Of a DNA stretch of 64,000 nt, positions 57,844-64,000 are shown one piece after another. The notes under the pieces are model-generated. The model made no database searches and had not been told where the DNA came from. It saw nothing but the letters and a program-made list of their open reading frames with translations. Position numbers and translations under genes: made by a program. This DNA is from an uncultured Solirubrobacterales bacterium. GTDB taxonomy: Bacteria > Actinomycetota > Thermoleophilia > Solirubrobacterales > Solirubrobacteraceae. Positions within the stretch are counted from its first letter, which is position 1, and each line of letters starts with the position of its first letter. The DNA is taken from NCBI GenBank assembly GCA_963706395.1, contig OY970158.1, forward strand, positions 394,421 through 458,420, read 5' to 3'.

Positions 57844-58578
57844 GTGGAGCAGAGCACAACTCAAGCGGCCCCTATAGCCGCCCCCCTCCCGGCGGTGGAC
57901 GCCCCCACGCCTGCCGGACCACCTGGCTTCAGCGAGCGCGGGCGTATGCGCCGCCGCGCTCGCTTCTTGCGCAAGGCACGTGAGCTCGCCTACCGGGACC
58001 TCGGCGGCCTGGTCTTCAACCTGCACCGCTTCGGCCAGCGCAACGACGCGCTGGTGATGGCCAAGCTCTCAACGCTCGGACACATCGACGCCGAGCTGCG
58101 CACGCTCGAAGGAGCCCTTGCCGAGTATCAGCCGCTGACGGTGCTGCGCGATGCAGGCATCACCGCCTGCCCGCGCTGCGCGGCGATTCACTCGAGCGAG
58201 GACCGCTTCTGCCCAAACTGCGGGCTCGCGATGGACCGTCACGCCGAGCGTCCGGTCGCCGGTCCGCCTGCACCGGGCGCTGGCGCGCCAAGCCAGCCCG
58301 CGCCCGCTGCTCCCGCTCCTGTTACGGCGGCCAGCCCGCCGGCTCCTGCTCCCGGGGGCGGCGGGGATGCCGTCACCCCCCCGGCCCCTGCACCGGCTCC
58401 CGCATCAGCTGCGCCCGCACCTGCTTCAGGCCCAGCCGGGTCCCCCGAGGAAGCCTCGGCCGGTCAACCTGCCTCTGTTACGCCCGCGAGGCCAGATGAG
58501 CCAACGGCCACCGCTCCACCGCACCCCGATCCTGACCAGCCGACCGTGATCATCCGTCCTTCCGGCCCGGGCGCGTGA
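57844..58578 (+). CDS. Zinc-ribbon protein with Pro/Ala-rich tail
   Basis: CPRC...FCPNCG; low-complexity C-terminus. Confidence 0.7.
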   Translation: MEQSTTQAAPIAAPLPAVDAPTPAGPPGFSERGRMRRRARFLRKARELAYRDLGGLVFNLHRFGQRNDALVMAKLSTLGHIDAELRTLEGALAEYQPLTVLRDAGITACPRCAAIHSSEDRFCPNCGLAMDRHAERPVAGPPAPGAGAPSQPAPAAPAPVTAASPPAPAPGGGGDAVTPPAPAPAPASAAPAPASGPAGSPEEASAGQPASVTPARPDEPTATAPPHPDPDQPTVIIRPSGPGA

Positions 58579-59129
58579 GCGTCGCCACTCCCCCCTCGCA
58601 AGCCACAACCGCTGCTTCATCGCCCGCGGGCAAGACGTGCCCGTTGTGCGGCGCACCGCTTCATTTCGAGCAGGAGTGGTGCTTGCATTGCGGGGCTGCG
58701 GCGCGCACGCGCTTGGCGGCATCCCCCTCCTGGAAGCCAGCGGTCCTCACACTCGCAGTCCTGGCCGCGCTCTCGCTCGGGGTGCTCGCCGCCGCACTCG
58801 TAACCCTGGCGGGCGGCTCGGGTCGCTCCACGACAGCTCCCGCGACGACCACGGTCACGACGGCGCCCGCCGTAACGGCCACGCCCACCGCCGCCGCGCC
58901 CACCACGAGCACTCCTGGCACTGGGCTCACCGGCGCGAGCACCCTTCCCCGCACAACCACCCCCGGCACCGCCACTACGCCGGGTGGGAAAAATCCTGGC
59001 GCCAGCCTCACCGGCGCGAGCACCACGCCGCGCCCGAAGACCTCTAGCACCGGAGCCTCGGGCCGCAGCACACCGAGCGTAACCACACCAACTTCGAACC
59101 CTCTCTTCACACCGACCCCGAAACGGTGA
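58575..59129 (+). CDS. Zinc-ribbon membrane protein with Thr-rich extracellular tail
   Basis: CPLCG...WCLHCG, a TM helix, then T/P-rich sequence; GTGA overlap. Confidence 0.7.
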   Translation: MSVATPPSQATTAASSPAGKTCPLCGAPLHFEQEWCLHCGAAARTRLAASPSWKPAVLTLAVLAALSLGVLAAALVTLAGGSGRSTTAPATTTVTTAPAVTATPTAAAPTTSTPGTGLTGASTLPRTTTPGTATTPGGKNPGASLTGASTTPRPKTSSTGASGRSTPSVTTPTSNPLFTPTPKR

Positions 59130-60610
59130 GCCCCGCTCAGGCCGGTCCAGTATTCGAGGCCGACATCGCGGTGGTGGGCGCAGGCGCCGCCGGTCTCTAC
59201 GCCGCGCTTTGCGCGGCGCGCGAGCACGCTACGGTCGTGCTCATCTCCGCCACGCCCCTGGCCCAGACAGCCTCCTACTGGGCGCAGGGCGGCCTTGCCG
59301 CCGCACTCGCCACCGACGACAGCTTCGAGCTGCACCTGGCGGACACTGAGCGGGCCGGGCGAGCGCTCGTAAGACACTCGGCAGCGGAGATCCTCGTGCA
59401 CGAGGCGCCCGCCTGCGTAAGCGACCTGCAGGCGCTGGGCGTCCGCTTCGACGGCGACCGCTCGGGACGCCTGGCGCTGGGCTTAGAGGGTGGCCATTCG
59501 GTCAGGCGCGTCGTGCACGCCGGGGGCTCCGCGACAGGCCGGCGTGTGGTTCGCCAGCTGTCGGCGCTCGTGGCCGGGGAGCCGCGAATCGCCGTGTTCG
59601 AGGGTGCACGGGCGCGAGCACTGTGGACCGATAGAGACCCCACCCACCCCCGCTGTCACGGCTTGATCTGCGACGACGGGCGAATCGTCGCCGCGCGCGC
59701 GGTCGTGCTCGGCACCGGCGGCGCCGCGGCACTCTGGGCACGCACTACCAACCCGCCCGGCTCACAAGGAATCGGCCTGCTGCTCGCCCACGACGCCGGT
59801 GCGTCGCTCGCAGACCTCGAGCTGCTGCAGTTCCATCCCACCGCCGTGATCGGCCTGCGCGGGCGCGAGGGCTTCCTCATCACCGAGGCGATCCGCGGCG
59901 AGGGCGCGACCCTGCACGACGCTTCTGGCGAGCGCTTCGTGGATGAGCTCGCTCCTCGCGATGAGGTATCCCGCGCCATCCAGCTGCGCCTCACAGAAAC
60001 CGGAGAGCGCTCGGTGGGGCTGGACATGCGCGCGATCGATCCCGCTCGCTTTCCCAATGTGACCACAGCCTTGCGCGAGGCGGGGCTGGATCCGTCCCGT
60101 GAGCTGGTGCCGGTGGCACCCGCAGCTCACTACATGATGGGAGGGATCGTCACTGACCAGCACGCACGCTCCACGGTGGCTGGCCTGTACGCGGTCGGAG
60201 AGGTGTCGTGCACAGGCCTGCACGGCGCCAACCGGCTTGCATCGAACTCGCTGAGCGAGTGCTTTGTATTTGCCCGCCGCGCCGCTTCCAGTGCCCTGCA
60301 GGAGCCCAGCCAGCCGCGCCCAGATGACCTCAATGCGCTCCAGGCTATCCCCGCGCCGGCATCAGCTGAGCCATCGACACGTACAGCGCTGTGGCAGCAG
60401 GCAGGCATTGAGCGTTCGCGCGAAGGGCTGCAAAAGCTCGCTTCAGAGCACCACCCCCTAGCCCGGTTGATTGCGCGCTGCGCTCTCGAGCGCAAGGAGA
60501 GCCGTGGCGCCCATCAGCGTGTGGACCATCCCGAGCGCGACCGGTCACTGGACCATCGCCACTTCGTCATCACCAGCGAGGAGAGCGGCTCCTGGCAGAC
60601 CTGGGCATGA
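59126..60610 (+). CDS. nadB: L-aspartate oxidase
   Basis: VVGAGAAG, SYWAQGG, LEGGHS..RVVH, QFHPT, LITEAIRGEG, ELAPRD, PAAHYMMGG, GLHGANRLASNSL.E, RKESRGAH. Confidence 0.93.
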   Translation: MSPAQAGPVFEADIAVVGAGAAGLYAALCAAREHATVVLISATPLAQTASYWAQGGLAAALATDDSFELHLADTERAGRALVRHSAAEILVHEAPACVSDLQALGVRFDGDRSGRLALGLEGGHSVRRVVHAGGSATGRRVVRQLSALVAGEPRIAVFEGARARALWTDRDPTHPRCHGLICDDGRIVAARAVVLGTGGAAALWARTTNPPGSQGIGLLLAHDAGASLADLELLQFHPTAVIGLRGREGFLITEAIRGEGATLHDASGERFVDELAPRDEVSRAIQLRLTETGERSVGLDMRAIDPARFPNVTTALREAGLDPSRELVPVAPAAHYMMGGIVTDQHARSTVAGLYAVGEVSCTGLHGANRLASNSLSECFVFARRAASSALQEPSQPRPDDLNALQAIPAPASAEPSTRTALWQQAGIERSREGLQKLASEHHPLARLIARCALERKESRGAHQRVDHPERDRSLDHRHFVITSEESGSWQTWA

Positions 60611-60773
60611 TCCCGCCAGGTCCTTTATAAAAATCTTCGATCGCAGAGCAAATCTCGATCCTTTTCCCTTGAAGGAGTGTTTCTTCTCCTGGAATGTCTT
60701 TGCAGGACTGGAGTCTTTGGGAACGAGCGGGTGCACTCCAAACCGGTTCGATCGAGAGAGGGTAAGGGTCATC

Positions 60774-61208
60774 ATGTATCAGTTCAGCCGGGCCATCTAC
60801 CGGGAGTTGGCTCCCCATATCGTGGCTCCCAAGCCTGGCGTGGCCGCCAACGCAAACCACGAGCATGTCCTGCGGGCTTGTGAGGCAGTCGTCGAGCGTA
60901 TGGCCGTTGACCGCCACTACTTCGCGCGCCCGGAACGGACGCTGTTTTGCGATATCCGCTCCCGTTTCCCGATGAGCGAGCAGGGCCGCGTCCATCACGT
61001 CGTCACCCGCTACATCGGCTTCGCGCAGCAGTTCCTGATCGAGAACCCTCTCGCGGCTTACGCGTCGGTCTGTGGTGTAGCGCCGCAGTGCCGCGCGACC
61101 ACACGCAAAGGCGCCGCCTGTCAGCGTGTGCCCCTACCGCACAACGGCTACTGCCCGTCCCACCAGCACCTGGCTGATACCGAGAACCGCGAGCTCGTGG
61201 CGGCCTGA
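60774..61208 (+). CDS. Hypothetical protein with a C-terminal Cys/His zinc-finger-like motif
   Basis: CRATTRKGAACQRVPLPHNGYCPSHQH. Confidence 0.7.
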   Translation: MYQFSRAIYRELAPHIVAPKPGVAANANHEHVLRACEAVVERMAVDRHYFARPERTLFCDIRSRFPMSEQGRVHHVVTRYIGFAQQFLIENPLAAYASVCGVAPQCRATTRKGAACQRVPLPHNGYCPSHQHLADTENRELVAA

Positions 61209-61234
61209 GAGGCTAAGAGTCGTATCCTCGGAGG

Positions 61235-62122
61235 ATGCCTGAGCGAGTCGGATTTCTGGGCCTGGGGATCATGGGCTCGCGGATGGCCGCCAACGTGGCG
61301 CGCGCCGGCTATCCACTGACCGTCTGGACGCACACCCCCGGCAAGGCAGGGCGCTGGGCATCCGAGCACGACGCCGTCGCAGTTGCCACGCCCGCCGAGG
61401 TCGCGCGCGCCAGCGACATCGTCGTGAGCATGGTCGTCGACGGCGAGCAGGTCGCCTCAGTACTGCTTGGCGAGGGCGGGGTGATCGAGGCCGGTAGAGC
61501 AGGCCTGCTGTGCGTCGATATGTCCACGATCGCGCCGCCAGACACCCGGCGGATCGGCGCAGCGTTGCGCGAGCGCGAGGTGAGCATGCTCGACGCGCCG
61601 GTGACCGGCTCATCGCCGCGAGCTGAAGATGGCTCCCTGACGATCATGGCCGGAGGCGAGCCAGCGGACTTCGAACGTGCCAAGCCCCTGCTAGAGACGA
61701 TGGGCAAGCTGATCAAGTACGTGGGTGAGCTGGGCCACGGCGAGACGCTCAAGCTGATCAACAACGCCGTGGGCGCAGCCAACGCGGCGGCGGTGGCCGA
61801 GGCGCTGCTGCTCGCCCAAGCCACCGGGATCGGCCTCGATGCGTTCGTCGAGGTCCTCAGCACCGGCTCAGGCGCCTCGGCTCAGCTGGAGCTGAAGTCC
61901 GGAGCGATGCGCGAGCACGACTACACGCCCCTGTTCAAGACAGCGCACATGCTCAAGGACGTGCGCCTGTGCCTCGAGGAGGCACAGGTAGCGGGAATCC
62001 CATTCGCCTCCGCGGCACACGCCCGCGACCTCCTGACGGCCACTATGGGCCGGGGACACGGCGAGGAGGACTACGCGGCCATAATCGAGGCCGCCGAGGG
62101 CCTCGCGGGACGGCGACTGTAG
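61235..62122 (+). CDS. Beta-hydroxyacid dehydrogenase (3-hydroxyisobutyrate/tartronate-semialdehyde reductase family)
   Basis: GFLGLGIMG, DMSTIAP, DAPVTG, KLINN, KDVRL. Confidence 0.92.
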   Translation: MPERVGFLGLGIMGSRMAANVARAGYPLTVWTHTPGKAGRWASEHDAVAVATPAEVARASDIVVSMVVDGEQVASVLLGEGGVIEAGRAGLLCVDMSTIAPPDTRRIGAALREREVSMLDAPVTGSSPRAEDGSLTIMAGGEPADFERAKPLLETMGKLIKYVGELGHGETLKLINNAVGAANAAAVAEALLLAQATGIGLDAFVEVLSTGSGASAQLELKSGAMREHDYTPLFKTAHMLKDVRLCLEEAQVAGIPFASAAHARDLLTATMGRGHGEEDYAAIIEAAEGLAGRRL

Positions 62123-62281
62123 CGATTTAGCCTAAAAAGCCGCTCATTTGCAGGGGATTTGGGAAATCCTCCAGGATTTCGTATCTTTAATGGGTTGGCC
62201 CCGCCACTCGGTCGCTTCGGATGGTGCCCAGGGCCCGCAGGTTTTATCGAGACGTCCGCTCAATTCTTTTTTCGTTTTTCT

Positions 62282-62911
62282 ATGCCAATTGCTTTCAAAG
62301 AATGGGCTGTCACCGTTCGTGCGCTTGCCGAAGGGGAGCAGCTCATAACTCTCCGTAAGGGCGGAATTCGCGAACCCGGCAAGCCGTTCCGGCTCGCCCA
62401 CGAGCGCTTCTTCCTGTACCCCACCTTTGATCACCAGCCGGGAGATCTGGTGCGCGAATCCCATCAGCCCGAGTTGCGCCGAGCGCTCGAGGAGGGTGTC
62501 TGGAGCGACGGCGAGCCACCGCTGCATGCCTTCGCCGCCGGCGGCATCCAGCAGCCCGACCGGGTGCGCATTCGCGCCTGGGCCGAGGTTGCTGGTCATT
62601 TCACGATCGCCGACCCCCGCTGCGTCGACGCCCTTTCGCCCTTCTACGTGTGGACGACCGACTACGCCGAGAAGCGTCTCGGCTGGCGCCGCCATCAGCC
62701 GCTGCACGTTCTGCTCCTGCGCACCTACCGCATCCCGCGGCCGGTCACCGTCAAGGTCAAGGACGAGTACACCGCTACCCAAGCATGGGTCGAGCTGCAG
62801 CGCGAGCTTCCGTTCGAGGGCACCCCCGTGCTCTCCGACGCCGAGTTCGAGCGCGCCTCCGAAGAGATCGAGGCGATCACGCGCGAAGCCGGCCAGCCAG
62901 CTCTCGTCTAG
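62282..62911 (+). CDS. DUF1802 family protein
   Basis: AFKEWAVTVRAL..GEQ...LRKGGIRE, FFLYPTF.HQ, LLLRTY. Confidence 0.9.
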   Translation: MPIAFKEWAVTVRALAEGEQLITLRKGGIREPGKPFRLAHERFFLYPTFDHQPGDLVRESHQPELRRALEEGVWSDGEPPLHAFAAGGIQQPDRVRIRAWAEVAGHFTIADPRCVDALSPFYVWTTDYAEKRLGWRRHQPLHVLLLRTYRIPRPVTVKVKDEYTATQAWVELQRELPFEGTPVLSDAEFERASEEIEAITREAGQPALV

Positions 62912-63120
62912 GCTCCGCTGCGCGGCGCGAGCAGTTCACGCGCGCGCTGGGCCTCTGACTCGGGCACGAGCACGTCGCGAGGACCCGCGGCGAGGAAGTC
63001 GGGCACGTCGAACCCGCCGTTGCGCTGAACCATGCTCTGTATGTTCTCCTGACGCAGCAGCCCCTGGATCAGTTCGGCCTCGGCGATGTTCCGCGCGTAG
63101 GCGACTTTCACTAGCTTCAA
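62908..63120 (-). CDS. DUF2007 / putative signal-transducing small protein
   Basis: NIAEAELIQGLLRQENI...VLVPESEAQRARELL; TTG start overlaps the mec stop. Confidence 0.7.
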   Translation of the reverse strand: MKLVKVAYARNIAEAELIQGLLRQENIQSMVQRNGGFDVPDFLAAGPRDVLVPESEAQRARELLAPRSGA

Positions 63121-63530
63121 GTCCCGTTCACCTCCAGCGCTACCTCCCGGATCGTGCCGTCCTCGATCAGATAGGAGCGCACCTGCGGCTGCTCCCCGCT
63201 CGCCAAGCCGACGATGATCCACTCGATCCCGGGCAGGTTGGCGGCAAAAGTGATGTCCGTCTGCGACGGATACGGCGCGCTGCGCACATGGGAGTGGTAG
63301 ATCGCGCCTATCTCCCAGCCCTGCTCTTCGATCGTGTTCGTTAGCTTCAGCTGCTCGATCGGATCGATCTCGAACTTGAGCGCGCTTGCGTGGATGTTCT
63401 CCGCGCGATAGACCCGAACAGCGCGCCTGCCCGTCGCATCCTCGACGGCGACGAGGCCACAGCACTCGATCTTCGGGTCCTCACGGGCGTGCGCGATCAG
63501 CTCATCGAGCAAGGTCCGGCCGATGCGCAC
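63117..63530 (-). CDS. mec: JAMM/MPN metallopeptidase (CysO-cysteine peptidase Mec-like)
   Basis: ECCGL, YHSH...PSQTD JAMM motif; next to cysM. Confidence 0.88.
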   Translation of the reverse strand: MRIGRTLLDELIAHAREDPKIECCGLVAVEDATGRRAVRVYRAENIHASALKFEIDPIEQLKLTNTIEEQGWEIGAIYHSHVRSAPYPSQTDITFAANLPGIEWIIVGLASGEQPQVRSYLIEDGTIREVALEVNGT

Positions 63531-63533
63531 CTC

Positions 63534-64000
63534 TCACCACCAAACGGTGGAGTCGAGGTTCTCGATCTCATCGACCGGCAGCGTGTAGATGCCACTCGAG
63601 AGATACTTCCAGCCGTCATCGGCGACGACGAACACGACGTTGCCCTCGTCGAGCTCGCCCGCGATGCGCACGGCGATGCTAGCGATCGCGCCGCTGGAAA
63701 CGCCCGCGAACAGACCCTCCTCGTCGAGCAGCTTGCGCGTCCAGGAGATCGCGTCGCGGTTGGTCACGAAGATCTTCCGGTCGAGCAGCGAGATGTCGAT
63801 GATCGGCGGGATGAAGCCGTCGTCCAGCGAGCGCAAGCCCTGCACCGGCTCCCCCTGCATCGGCTCGGCGGCGACGATCTTCACCGCGTCCCCAAAGGTC
63901 TCCTTCAGCCGGCGGCCGTTGCCCATCAACGTGCCGCCAGTGCCCAGCCCGGCCACGAACGCGCTCACCTCGTCGAGCTCCTCGAGGATCTCCAGCGCCG
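63534..64000 (-). CDS. cysM: PLP-dependent cysteine synthase (CysM-like), 5'-truncated by window edge
   Basis: FVAGLGTGGTLMG, EGLFAGVSSGA, ADDGWKYLS. Confidence 0.88.
   Translation of the reverse strand, partial: ALEILEELDEVSAFVAGLGTGGTLMGNGRRLKETFGDAVKIVAAEPMQGEPVQGLRSLDDGFIPPIIDISLLDRKIFVTNRDAISWTRKLLDEEGLFAGVSSGAIASIAVRIAGELDEGNVVFVVADDGWKYLSSGIYTLPVDEIENLDSTVWW

Noticed and set aside
58250-59110. Pro/Ala and Thr-rich quasi-repeats
   Set aside because: Protein low-complexity linkers without a fixed DNA period.

Overview
High-GC actinobacterial chromosome segment. The gene repertoire and hypothetical families suggest Thermoleophilia/Solirubrobacterales (inference). Main blocks: (1) 1-6.5 kb, F420 biosynthesis genes (npdG, cofD, cofC, cofE, fbiC) with a type III PKS between cofD and cofC. 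(2) 9.8-28.9 kb, a near-complete ethylmalonyl-CoA pathway (ccr, ecm/meaA, meaB, mch-like MaoC, mcl, mcd-like ACAD) with PEPCK, a divergent SucCD-like ATP-grasp CoA ligase carrying ATP-citrate-lyase-like loops, a ferredoxin and an acyl-CoA synthetase. This is the most interesting system in the window. (3) 29-43.6 kb, housekeeping and transport genes. (4) 43.6-55.2 kb, an accessory block separating rph from rdgB, with hipBA, gene remnants, an FlgM-like/GGDEF fusion, an IS3/IS6110-like element inserted at the start codon of a DUF1326 gene, DUF2182/DUF899 and cell-wall enzymes. (5) 55-64 kb, rph, murI, nadB, mec, cysM and others. Two DNA-level repeat signals were found: a ~44-bp post-stop element, and a recurrent GA-CCCCACCCACCC-GA motif inside genes. 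The 19.4-25.3 kb region is dense in single-base indels that look like sequencing error, so gene models there are reconstructed across frames. No tRNA, rRNA or CRISPR array was recognised. All family assignments come from motif recognition and recall, not from database searches.
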